Positions 31,977 to 43,200 of a DNA stretch of 64,000 nucleotides are shown piece by piece. Each line of letters opens with the position of its first letter. The stretch's first letter is position 1. Location of the stretch: NCBI GenBank assembly GCA_963728615.1, contig CAVSKQ010000004.1:462364-526363 (forward strand), read 5' to 3'. Below the pieces are notes generated by a model. It saw nothing but the letters and a program-made list of their open reading frames with translations. It was not told the DNA's origin and ran no database searches. Source of the stretch: an uncultured Gammaproteobacteria bacterium (GTDB lineage Bacteria > Pseudomonadota > Gammaproteobacteria > Steroidobacterales > Steroidobacteraceae). The position numbers and the translations under genes are program-made.

Positions 31977-32917
31977 CTAGAGCAGCTTTTCGATCTCCGG
32001 CACTAGCGCGAACAGGTCGCCCACGAGGCCGTAGTCGGCCACCTCGAAGATGGGCGCCTCGGCGTCCTTGTTGACGGCGACGATGGTGCGCGCGTCCTTG
32101 ATGCCGGTCAGGTGCTGGATGGCGCCGCTGATGCCGATCGCGAAATAGAGCTCGGGCGCGATGATCTTGCCGGTCTGGCCGACCTGCAGTTCGTTCGGAG
32201 GCGTAGCCCGCGTCGACGGCCGCGCGCGAGGCGCCGATGGCGGCGCCGAGCCTGTCCGCGAGCGATTGGATCACCTTGAAGTTCTCGGCGCTGCCGAGCG
32301 CGCGGCCGCCCGAGACGACCCGCGTGGCGGTCTGCAGGTCGGGCCGGTCGCTGCGCGCCGCGGACACCGACACGAACCGCGTCGTCGCGGGCAGTTCGAC
32401 ATCCACGGCCGCCGTCTCGACGGGCGCAGGGCCGCCGCCGGCGGGCGGCCTGGTACGACGCGACGCGCACCGTCGCGACGACCTGGCGCCCGGCCGGGAT
32501 CTCGACGGTCGCGATGGCATTGGCCGCGTAGACCGGCCGGCGAAAGCGCGTCGCCGATTCCACGGCCATCACGTCGGAGAGCTGCGGCGCGCCGAGCAGG
32601 GCGGCGACGCGCGGCATCAGGTCCTTGCCGAAGGTGGTGGAGGGCCCGAGCACGAAGGCCGCGCCGTCCGACAGCTTCGCCACCTGGGGCGCGAGCACGG
32701 CGGCGAGCGCCGGCTCGTTGGCGGGGTTCTTCACGAGCAGCACGCGTGACACGCCCTGGATCGCCGCCGCCGCGGCAGCGACGTCCGTTCCCTCGGCTGC
32801 GAGCACCGCGACGCTGATCTCGGCGTCCGGAATCGTGCTCGCGCAGGCGACGCACTTGGCGACGGCGGCGTTCAGCTTGCCATCGGCATGTTCCGCGACG
32901 ATGAGGACGCGATTCAT
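31977..32917 (-). CDS. etfA: Electron transfer flavoprotein alpha subunit, two frame changes (about 32200 and about 32450)
   Basis: N-terminus [23 protein letters not shown]. Middle segment [39 protein letters not shown]-terminus [49 protein letters not shown], read from the minus strand at 31977-32210. Confidence 0.85.
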
Positions 32918-33666
32918 CAGACGAGTCCTTTCTGCTTGAGCGCCGCGACCAGTTCCGCGGCATCCTTGACGATTACGCCCTTCTGGCGCTGCGGCGGCGG
33001 CTCGAACTTCACGACCTTGACGAGCGGCGCGGCGTCGACGCCGAGCGAAGACAGCTCGACGACGTCGAGCGGCTTCTTCTTGGCCTTCATGATGTCAGGC
33101 AGCTTGATGTAGCGCGGCTCGTTGAGGCGCAGGTCCGTCGTGCACACGGCGGGCAGGTCCACGTCGATGGTCTCGAGCCCGGCGTCCACCTCGCGCGTCA
33201 CGCGGGCGACGTCTCCCTTGATTTCGATCTTCGACGCGAACGTCGCCTGCGGCCGGTCCCAAAGGGCGGCGAGCATCTGCCCGGTCTGGTTGCAGTCGTC
33301 GTCGATCGCCTGCTTGCCGAGCAGGACGAGCCGCGGGCTCTCGCGGCGCGCGAGCTCGAGCAGCACGCGGGCGACGGCCGGCGGCTCGAGCCCGGCGTCC
33401 GACTTCACGAGGATCGCGCGGTCGGCGCCCATGGCGAGCGCGTCGCGCAGCTGCTGCTGGGACTCGTTCGGCCCGATGCTGACCGCGACGACTTCGTCCG
33501 CCTCGCCGCGCTCGCGCAGGCGCAGCGCCTCCTCGAGCGCGATCGAGTCGAATGGATTGGCGCTCATCTTGACGCCCTCCGTGACGACGCCGGTGCCGTC
33601 CGGACGCACGCGCACACGCACGTTGAAGTCGATGACCCGCTTGATGCCGACGAGGATCCTTCGCAT
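32917..33666 (-). CDS. etfB: Electron transfer flavoprotein beta subunit
   Basis: MRRILVGIKRVIDFNVRVRVRPDG...NPFDSIALEEALRLRE...LLGKQAIDDDCNQTGQMLA. The start is taken at the internal Met of track ORF 32917..33741. Confidence 0.88.
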   Translation of the reverse strand: MRRILVGIKRVIDFNVRVRVRPDGTGVVTEGVKMSANPFDSIALEEALRLRERGEADEVVAVSIGPNESQQQLRDALAMGADRAILVKSDAGLEPPAVARVLLELARRESPRLVLLGKQAIDDDCNQTGQMLAALWDRPQATFASKIEIKGDVARVTREVDAGLETIDVDLPAVCTTDLRLNEPRYIKLPDIMKAKKKPLDVVELSSLGVDAAPLVKVVKFEPPPQRQKGVIVKDAAELVAALKQKGLV

Positions 33667-33814
33667 GCCTTCCACTCCGTGGTTTGCGGGGCATGGTATC
33701 GGATTCACGCGGGGCTGGCTCGACATCGTACGTATATTCAATGTGTTATGAAATAATAGTGAAGTGAAGTCGCAAGCGGCCGCGGAAAACTGCCTGTGCT
33801 ACAAATGCCGCGGG

Positions 33815-34791
33815 ATGCAAACCGCCGCATTCGTTCTGCAGGCGCTTCTTCGGCGCGATACCGACGCTCGCGCTCGTCGTCGCGCTGTCGTTCCTGCTGA
33901 CGCGGCTGGCGCCGGGCGGGCCGTTCGACGACGAACAGGCGCTGCCACCCGAGATCCGCGCGAATCTCGAGGCGGCCTACGGGCTCGACCAGCCGATTCA
34001 CCTGCAGTTCGGCCGCTACGTGCAAGGGCTGCTGCACGGCGATTTCGGCCCGTCGTTCAAGTTCCGCGACTTCACGGTCGGCGAACTGATCGCAGCGGCC
34101 TGCCCGTGAGCCTCACGATCGGCCTCGCGGCGATGCTGCTCGCGCTCGCGCTCGGCGTTCCGGCGGGCATCTGGGCTGCGCTCGCGCGCGGGCGACAGGC
34201 ACTTGACCGCGTCGTGATGGCGCTTCGCGGTCGCGGGCATCTCGATCCCCGTCTTCGTGGTCGCGCCCGTACTCGCGCTCGTGTTCGGCATCTGGCTCGC
34301 GCTGGCTGCCGGTCGCCGGCTGGGTGCCCGGACGCCCGGCGGATCTCGTGCTGCCGGTCGTGTCGCTGGCATTGCCGGTGGTCGCGTACGTTGCGCGGCT
34401 CATGCGCGGCAGCCTCCTCGAGGTGCTGCGCGCGCCGTGGATCCGCGCGGCGCGCGCGCGCGGCCTCGCCGAGCGGACCGTCGTCCTGCGCCACGCGTTG
34501 CCGGCGGCGCTGCTGCCGGTCGTCAGCTATCTCGGCCCGGCGGCGGCCGCGGTGCTCGCCGGCTCGCTCGTCGTCGAGACGCTGTTCGGGTTGCCGGGGA
34601 TGGGCCGGCACCTCGTGCACGGCGCGCTCAACCGTGACTACACGCTCGTCATGGGCATGGTCATCGTGTACGCGGCGCTCACGATCGTGCTGAACCTCGT
34701 GGCGGACCTCGCCTATGCCTGGCTCGACCCGCGCATCCGGCGGGAGCGGCGACTGATGAAGCGGCGCACTGTGGCGCGAGGCGGCGACTGA
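33815..34791 (+). CDS. Peptide/opine-type ABC transporter permease (DppB/OppB/YejB-like), frame-disrupted
   Basis: Segments across several frames: IPTLALVVALSFLLTRLAPGGPFDDEQ, YGLDQPIHLQFGRYVQGLLHGDFGPSFKF, LPVSLTIGLAAMLLALALGVPAG, VARLMRGSLLEVLRAPWIRAARARGL. The end is uncertain. Confidence 0.7.
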
Positions 34792-35607
34792 GCTGCGCCG
34801 CGACCGGCTGGCGCTTGCCTGCGCGGCGCTGCTCGCGGCGATGGCGCTCGCCGCGGTCGCGTGCCCGCCGCTCCTGCCGTTCCGCGCGGACGAGATCGAC
34901 TGGTCGCACATGGCCGTGCCGCCACTCGAGGCCGCGGGTCACTGGCTCGGGACCGACCGGCTCGGTCGCGACCTCCTGGTGCGGACGCTGCACGGCCTGC
35001 GCGTGTCGCTCGCGATCGCGCTCGCGGCGACGCTCGTCGCGCTCGTCATCGGCGTCGCCTGGGGCGCGCTCGCAGGGTTCAAGCGCGGGCGCACCGACGC
35101 CTGGATGATGCGCTGCGTGGACGTGCTGTACTCGCTGCCGCAGGTGTTCTTCGTGATCATCCTGACGGTCGTGTTCGGACGCGGCCCGTTGACGATCCTG
35201 GTCGCGATCGGCGCGTTCGGCTGGCTCACGATGGCGCGCATCGTGCGCGGCCAGGCGCTGGCGCTGAGGGAGCGCGAGTTCGTCGAGGCGGCCGTCGTCG
35301 GCGGCTCGTCGCACGCCGCGCATCGTCTGGCGCCACATCGTCCCGAACCTGCTGGGGCCGGTCGATCGTCTATGCGACGCTCGCGCTGCCGCAGGTCATC
35401 CTGGTCGAGAGTTTCCTGAGCTTCCTCGGCATCGGCATCCAGGAGCCGCTCGCAAGCCTCGGCAACCTCATCGCCGACGGCGCCGCGGAGATGGAGACGG
35501 CGCCGTGGATGCTGGTCGTGCCGGCGGCCTGCCTCATGCTGCTCGTCTTCTGCTTCAACTTCCTGGGCGACGGCCTGCGGGATGCCCTCGACCCGAGGGA
35601 CCGGTGA
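34756..35607 (+). CDS. Peptide/opine-type ABC transporter permease (DppC/OppC/YejE-like), frame-disrupted
   Basis: LRRDRLALACAALLAAMALAAV, HWLGTDRLGRDLLVRTLHGLRVSL, VDVLYSLPQVFFVIIL, ARIVRGQALALREREFVEAA, FLSFLGIGIQEP, FLGDGLRDALDPR. The start is uncertain (ATG 34756 plus a frame change about 30 nt later). Confidence 0.7.
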
Positions 35608-36581
35608 CGGCGCTGCTGGAGATGCGCGGCGCTGACCGTGGACTTCGCGGCGGTCCGCGCGCCGGTGCGCGCCGTCGACGGCGTCGAACTTTCGCTCGCG
35701 CCGCGCGAGCGCCTCGCCATCGTCGGGGAGTCCGGCTCCGGGCAAGAGCCAGCTCCTGCTCGCCTGCACCGGCCTGCTCGCGGCGAACGGGCGTGCGACG
35801 GGTTCCGTTCGCTTCGACGGGCTCGAGCTCCTCGGACGGCGCCGACGCCGCGTCGCGCGTGCGCGGCGCGGGCATCGGCTTCGTGTTCCAGGATGCCTCG
35901 GGCAGCCTGACGCCGCACCGGCGCATCGGCGACCAGCTTGCCGAAGTCGTCCGCCTGCGGGCGGGCGGCCTCGAAGCGCGATGCGGCGGGCCGAGTCGGC
36001 GGCCATGCTCGAGCGCGTGCGGCTGCCCGACCCGCGCGGCGCCTCGCGCGCATATCCGCATGAACTCTCGGGCGGCATGCGCCAGCGTGTCGCGATCGCG
36101 CTCGCCTTGATGGCACGGCCCCGCGTCCTGTTCGCGGACGAGCCGACGACGGCGCTCGATGTCACGGTGCAGGCGGAGGTGATGGCGCTGCTGGCGGAGC
36201 TCTGCGACGGGCTCGGCATGGCGCTGGTGCTCGTCACGCACGACCTCGGCGTCGTCGCGGCGCTCGCCGACCGCATCGCCGTCATGTACGCGGGCCGGAT
36301 CGTGGAGGAAGGCGCCGCGCCGTTTCCTCTCGGACCCGGCGCACCCGTACACCGCCGGCCTGCTGGCTGCCGTGCCGACGCTCACTGGGCAAAAGGGCGG
36401 CCAATTGCCGACGATCGCCGGCCAGCCACCCGAGCCTGGAACGGCGTTCAGTGGCTGCCGCTTCGAGCCGCGTTGCCCGCGGGCCGGAGAACCCTGTCGC
36501 GGGCTCGATCCGGCGCTCGAGGCCTTCGGCGATTCGCGGGTGGCCTGTCACTTTCCAGTCGCTCCGGGCCAGGCCGCATGA
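35604..36581 (+). CDS. Peptide-type ABC transporter ATP-binding protein 1, frame-disrupted
   Basis: The Walker A region reads GESGSGQE where GESGSGKS is expected, at a frame change. Signature LSGGMRQRVAIALAL, Walker B VLFADEPTTALD, C-terminal oligopeptide-ABC extension HPYTAGLL and CRFEPRC. GTGA overlap with the preceding gene. At least 5 frame changes. Confidence 0.75.
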
Positions 36582-37578
36582 ACGCCGGCCTTGTACTGCG
36601 CGACGTCGTCGTCACCTATCCGCGCGGCGGGGCGAACGGTGCGCCGCTCACGGCCGTGGACGGCGTCAGCCTCGTCCTTGCGCCCGGGGAGATCCTCGGG
36701 CTCGTCGGGGAATCGGGCTGCGGCAAGACGACACTCGGCCGTGCGATCCTCGGCCTCGTGCCGCTCGCAGGCGGCTCGATCCGCTGGCAGGGGCGACGGG
36801 TCGATGACTTGCCGCGGCGCGCGTTCAGGGCGATTCGTGGCGAACTGCAACTCGTGTTCCAGGACCCGGAGGCCTGTCTCGATCCGCGCATGACGATCGC
36901 GGAGAGCGTGGCGGAACCGCTTCGGTCGCTGGCCACCGGGCTTGCGCCGGCCGCGCGCATGGAACGCGTGCGCTCGGATCCTCGATGAAGTCGGCCTGTC
37001 CGACGAGCGTGGAAGGGCGGTACCCGCACCAGATGAGCGGGGGCCAGTTGCAGCGCGCCGTGATCGCTCGCGCCCTGGTCGTCGATCCACGCCTCGTCGT
37101 GTGCGACGAGCCGGTCAGCGCACTCGACGTGTCGATCCAGGGGCAGATCGTCAACCTGATCGCGCGCGTTCGGCGCGAGCGCGGGCTCGCCTGCCTCTTC
37201 ATCAGCCACAACCTCGCCGTGGTCGCGAGCCTCGCGGAGCGCGTGCTGGTCATGTACCGCGGGCGGATCGTGGAATCGGGCGCGTGCCAGTCGCTCCTCG
37301 GTGCGCCGCTGCATCCGTACACGCGGCTCCTGATCGACTCGGTGCCCGACACCGACCCCGTACGCGCACGCCGGCTGCTTGCGCGGCGCACGGCGCCGGC
37401 AGCGCGGCAAACCGGCAGGTTGGCGGCAGGATGCCCGTTCGTGGACCGCTGCTCCTGGGCCGTGGATCGCTGCCGCACCTTGCTGCCGCCGCTGCGCGAT
37501 TTCGGCCAGGGGCGGCAGGCCGCCTGTCACCGGGCCGACGAGTGGCGGGACGGCCTGCCGGCGTCGCTCGCGGGCTGA
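36578..37578 (+). CDS. Peptide-type ABC transporter ATP-binding protein 2, at least one frame change (about 36960-36990)
   Basis: Walker A GESGCGKTT, signature MSGGQLQRAVIARAL, Walker B VVCDEPVSALD, HPYTRLL, CPFVDRC. ATGA overlap with the preceding gene. Confidence 0.8.
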
Positions 37579-37640
37579 GTCCGCCTGGATCACGCGTTGA
37601 GCCATCGTCAGGCGCAAATTGCGCACATGGGATCTGTCGC

Positions 37641-40296
37641 ATGAGCGCCAACGCCCCGTGCCTCGCGCACCTCGACGCCGGCGGCCTGGTGCTGACCGCG
37701 GACCTGCGCCAGGCACGCATCCTGCGCCGCCTTCACGACCAGGCCCGGATCGCCGCCGGGCACGACGCCTGGCCCACGGCCCAGGTGCTTCCGCTCGAGA
37801 GCTGGCTCGCATCCCTCTGGCGCGAGACGCTCGCCGAGCGCGACGACCTGCCTGTCGCCCTGCCCGCCGTCGCGATGCGATGGCTGTGGCGACGGCTCGC
37901 GGACGCCGACTCGCCGGGACTCGTCGATCCGGCCGCGATCGGCGCACGGGCGCGCGCGAGCTGGCTCATGTTGCGCGCACACGGCGGCAGCATCGACGGC
38001 CTCGCGCGTTGGCCGCTCACGCGCGACCAGCAGGCGTTCCTTGCCTGGGCGCGCGCCGCGGAACGGGCGCTTGCAGAGAAGTGTGCCTGCGACGCCGGCG
38101 ACCTCGCGAGCCGCGTCGTCGCACACGACGCACTGCCGGGTACCGGCCCGCCGATCCTGCTCGTGGGATTTCGCCGCCCGACGCCGGCGCAGGCGAGCCT
38201 GTTCGACGCGGCTCGCGCAGCGCGGCTTCGACGTGCAGCGTTTCGAGGCGGAGCCGCAGGCGGGCAGCGCGTGGCGATATGCGGCCGCCGATCCCGAGTC
38301 CGAGCGTGCGGCACTCGCTGCGTGGCTGCGCATGCGGCTCGCCGAGGCGCCGGGCGGCGTGCACGGGCTGCAAGTTCCGAACCTCGCCGGTGAGCGTGGC
38401 GCGCTCGAGCGCGCGCTGGAGGCGGCCCTTCAGCCGGCGCTCGAACTGCCGGACAGCCCGCGCGAGCGCGTCTTCGACCTCGCGGGCGGGCCGCCGCTCG
38501 GCTCGCGCCCGATCGTCGAGATCGCGATCGATGCGCTCCGGATGACGCTCGGCGGCGGCGACTGGACGATGACGACGCGGCTGCTGCGCAGCGAGTACGT
38601 CGCGGGCGCGGCGGGGGAGCGCGAGGCGCGGCTTCAACTCGACGCACGGCTGCGCAGCGACGGACGCGCACCGCCGGATACGTCGGCCGCGCTCGCAGGC
38701 GCCGCGCGGCTCGCGGGCGCAGCCGGGTTCGCTTCGACGCTGGACGCGGCCGCGGCGCGCGTCGCCGGGCCCGCGCGGCGTGCAGCAGGCGCCTGGGCCG
38801 AGGCGTTCGGTGCCTGCCTCGCGGCCTGGGAATGGCCGCGCGCGGACATCGGCTCCGCCGACTGGCAGGCGGCGACGCGTTTCAGCGAGATGCTGCGCGA
38901 GCTCGGCGCCTTGTCGGCGTTCGCGCCGGACCTCACGTCCGGGCAGGCGCTCGCGGAGCTGCAGGAGCTCGCCGCAGCGCCGTTCCAGCCCGAAGGCGGG
39001 GAGCCGGCCGTGTTCGTGATGGAGGGCTGGGAGGATCCCGGGCTCGGATTCGACAGCTTGTGGGTGGCGGGTCTCACCGCGACTGCCTGGCCGCGTCCGG
39101 TCCGCATCGACGCATTCCTGCCGATCGAAGCGCAGAGGCGGCTCGCCATGCCGCGCGCGAGCGCCGAGGGCTGCGTGGCCGAGGCGGAAGCCGTCGTGGC
39201 CTCGTGGCAGGCGCAGGCCGCCGCGCTCGTCCTGTCCTCGCCGCTGCGCGAAGACGACACCGACGTGGATGCCTCACCGCTCCTCCCAGCGGTCTTGGTG
39301 ACACTGCCCGAACCCGCGTCGTTCACGACCCGCGCAACACTGCAGTGCGGCAGCACCGCGCTCGAAACCCTGGTGCCGGACGCGGCGCCGGCCCTCGACG
39401 TGGCGCGGGTACGGGGCGGGGCACGCCTCCTCGACCTGCACTCGCGTTGTCCGTTCCGCGCCTTCGGCGAGCTGCGGCTGCACGCGGTGCCGCTCGAGGA
39501 GCCACAGGCGGGATTCGACCGGCGCCTGCGCGGGCAGGTTTTCCACCGAGCGCTGGAGCAGTTCTGGTCCGGGCTCGGCTCGCAGGCGGCGTTGCTCGCG
39601 CTCGGGACGTCAGCCTGCCGGCGCCGCGCGGAAGACGCCGTGGATCGCGCGCTCGCCGACATCGCGCCCGCGACGGTCGGGCCGCGTACTCGCGCACTCG
39701 AGCGCGATTGGCAGCTCGGCGCGGTCGAAGGCCTGCTGGCACTCGACCGGGCTCGCGAGCCGTTCGACGTCGTCGAGACCGAGCGCGAGATGGTCGGGCA
39801 CATCGGCGGCCTGGAGTTGCGCCTGCGCGCCGATCGGGTGGACGCCGTAGGCAGCGCCCTCGTCGTGATCGACTACAAGACGGGACGCGTGCGCGGCACG
39901 TCCTGGCGCGGCGCGCGCATGGACGCGCCGCAGCTCCCGCTGTACGCGGTCCTCCACCCGGATCGGCCCGCCGCGATCGCGTTCGCGGAGGCTGGCTTCG
40001 CGGGCGCCCGTTTCACGGGCGTCGGCGACGAGGCCGTCGCCATCGAAGGCGTGGTGGCGGCGGAGAAGTTCGCCCTGACGGAGGACAAGGAGAAGGGTTT
40101 TGGCTGGGGCCCGATGACCGAGCGCTGGTGGGCCTGGCTCGACGCGCTCGCGCGCGACCATGCGGCGGGCAATGCTCAGGTCGACCCGAAGCTCGGGTCC
40201 AACACCTGCCGGAAGTGCCACCTCGGCACGCTGTGCCGCGTCGATCCCGCCGGCGCGCTAGCCGACGGCGAGGAGGAGGCGTGCGATGGCGACTGA
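37641..40296 (+). CDS. AddB-like PD-(D/E)XK nuclease family DNA-repair protein, one frame change near 38210
   Basis: No Walker A motif. C-terminal nuclease block LRADRVDAVGSALVVIDYKTG is flanked by Cys in HSRCPFRAF and CRKCHLGTLC, giving four Cys as in the AddB Fe-S staple. The gene overlaps the start of the following helicase-nuclease gene. Confidence 0.75.
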
Positions 40297-43200
40297 CGGC
40301 GCGCGCGATGCCGCCGCGCGGCACGAGGCCATCGATCCCGGCCGCTCGTTCATCGTGCAGGCCCCGGCCGGCTCGGGCAAGACCAGTCTCCTGACGCTGC
40401 GCTACCTGCGGCTGCTCGCGACGGTGGACAGCCCCGAGGAGATCGTCGCCATCACGTTCACACGCAAGGCCGCGGCGGAGATGCGGCATCGCATCGTGCG
40501 GGCGCTGTCCCTGGCGCGCGGCCCCCTCGCGGCGAGCGCCCTGCCGCACGTCGCGGAGCTGCACGCGACCGCCGCCGCCGCGCTCGCGCGGAGCGTCGCC
40601 CGCGGCTGGGACCTCGAGCGCAATCCCGCGCGCCTGCACGTGCAGACGATCGACGGTCTGAGCCACTGGCTGGCGCAGCGCCTGCCACTCGCGGCGCAGG
40701 TCGCCCTGTCGGCGGCGCTCGTCGACGACGCGCGGCCGCTCTATCGCGAAGCGGCGCGGCGGCTCGTGTCTGCGCTCGAGGCTGGCGACGAGCGCTCCGA
40801 ACCGCTCGAACGGCTCGCGCGCACGCTCGACCACGATCCCGGCCAGCTTGCGGGACTCGTCGCCGACATGCTGGGCACGCGCGAGGTCTGGCTGCCAAAG
40901 CTCTTCGGCGAAGGCGACCGGTCCCGCCTGCGCGCGGTGATCGACGAGCTTCTGTGCACGGCGCTCGAATCCGAGCTCGCGCGGCTGCGCGCTCGCCTCG
41001 CGGATTGCGCCTCACAGTCGTTGTTCGAGGTCGTGCGCGCAGCGGCCGCGGCCGGCGGCGCGGCGGGCCCGCTGGCGTCGTTTCGCGACCTGCGCGGCTG
41101 GCCGCCGGCGCGCGCGGGTGCCGTCGAGGATTGGCTCGCCTTCGCCGACCTCTTGCTCACGGCGAACAGGGACGGCGCCGTGCGCAAGAAGGTGGAGTCA
41201 GCGCACGGGTTCCTGCCCGCGACGGCCGGGACCGAATGGCGCGAGCTCAAGCGGCGCATGAAGGAAGAGCTGGACGCGCTCGCCGCGGCCGAGGGCTTCG
41301 CAGCGACGCTCGCCCGCGTGCGCCGCCTGCCGCCCGCGCGCCTGACCGACGGGCAGTGGGAGCGCCTCGAGGCGCTGCTCGCGGTGCTGCCGCACGCCGT
41401 GGCAGAGCTCGTCGCGCTCTTCGCGGAGCGCGGGAGCCTCGACCACCCCGCGGTGGCTGCCGCGGCCCGCGATGCGCTGCGGGACGAGTCGGCGCCGACC
41501 GAGCTTGCGCTCGCCCTCGACTACCGCATCCGCCACCTGCTCGTGGACGAGTACCAGGACACCTCGCCGGCGCAGGAGCGGCTGCTCGCACTTCTGCTGG
41601 CGGGCTGGCAACGCGGCGACGGCCGGACGCTGTTCTGCGTCGGCGACCCGATGCAGTCCATCTACGCGTTCCGCGAGGCGGACGTGACACTCTTCCTGCA
41701 GGCGGCCGAGGAGGGCGTCGGCGGCGTGCCGCTCGAGGCGCTGCGGCTCGGCCGCAACTTCCGCTCGAGCCGTGCCATCGTCGACTGGGTCAACGCGACC
41801 TTCGCATCGCTCCTTCCTGCCGAGGACGACTTCGAGCGCGGCGCGGTGCGCTATTCTTCCGCGGACCCGGCACACGAGGCCGCCCCAGGCGACGGCGTGC
41901 GGGTGCACGCGCTGCTCGATGCCGACGATCGCGCCATGGGCGAGACAGTCGCGTGCATCGTGGCCGAGTCCCTTGCGGCCTCACCGGAGGGCCGCCCGCC
42001 GGGCATCGCGGTGCTCGTGCGTGGCCGGTCATCGCTGCCCCCGGTGGTCGCTGCGCTCCGCCGGGCCGGCATCGACTACCGCGGCATCGAGCTCGAATCC
42101 CTCTCGGACCGGGCCTCGATCCGCGACCTCGTCGCACTCGCCAAGGCGATGCTGCACGCGGCCGACCGCACCGCTTGGCTCGCGATCCTGCGCGCGCCGT
42201 GGTGCGGGCTCACGCTCGCCGACCTGCACGCGCTCGCATCGGGCGATGCACAGGCGACGATCGGCGCGCTGCTCGGCGATCCGGCGCGGCTGTCGCCGGA
42301 CGGCGCGCGTCGCGCCGCGCGCCTGCGGGAGGCGCTCGCGCGCGCAATCTCCGCCCGCGGGCGACGCACGCTCGGCGGCTGGGTCAAGTCCGCCTGGCTC
42401 GCGCTCTCGGGGCCCGCGACCGTGGAGGACCCGGCGGACCTTGCGAACGCGGAGCTGCTGTTCGCCGCGCTCGACCGGCTGGAGTCGGAGTCCGGCGCCT
42501 GGCCGGAGGCCTCCGACATCGACGGCGTCGTGGAGAACATCAAGGCGTCGCCCGTCGGCCGCGACGACGCGCCTGTGCAGATCATGACGATCCACAAGGC
42601 CAAGGGCCTCGAGTTCGACGTCGTGATCGTTCCCGACATGCAGAGGCAGCCGCCGTCGGACCGGCGCCGCCTGCTGTACTGGACCACGATCGCGACGGGG
42701 CCCGGCCGGCGCGGCGTCGTTCTCGGCAGCCGCAGCGACGCGGGCGCGGTCGGCGAGGGGGCCGATGCGCTCGAAGCCTGGATGCGCACGCTCGAGGCCG
42801 ATCGCGGCGACCTCGAGCTCGGCCGCGTCGCTTACGTCGCCGTCACGCGCGCCCGGCGCGCGCTGCATCTCGTCGGCAACGCCGTGACGAAGCCGACCGA
42901 GGCGGGCGACCTGCTGCAGAAGCCGCGGAGCGGGAGCCTGCTGCGATTCTTCTGGCCGGCGCTGTCGGGCGAGTTCGAGCGCGTGCTCGCGGCGCGCGCG
43001 GACGAGTCGGTGCGCACGCCCTCGGGACGGCGGCGCCTCACTGCGCCGCTGCTGTCGCGCCTGCCGCCCGACTGGTCGGCGCCGGAGCCCGAATCGCCGC
43101 CGCGCGCCCCGGCGCTTCGCATCCTCGGCGAAACGACGGCGTTCATCCGCCCGGACTTCGACTGGGCCGGCACGATCGCCCAGGCCGTCGGCGAGGTCGT

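Noticed and set aside
33721-33780. AT-rich segment with GTGAAGTGAAGT between etfB and the ABC permease as a mobile-element scar or small RNA.
   Set aside because: It is only about 60 nt in a divergent promoter region, with no flanking repeats. It is most simply a shared promoter and UP-element region.
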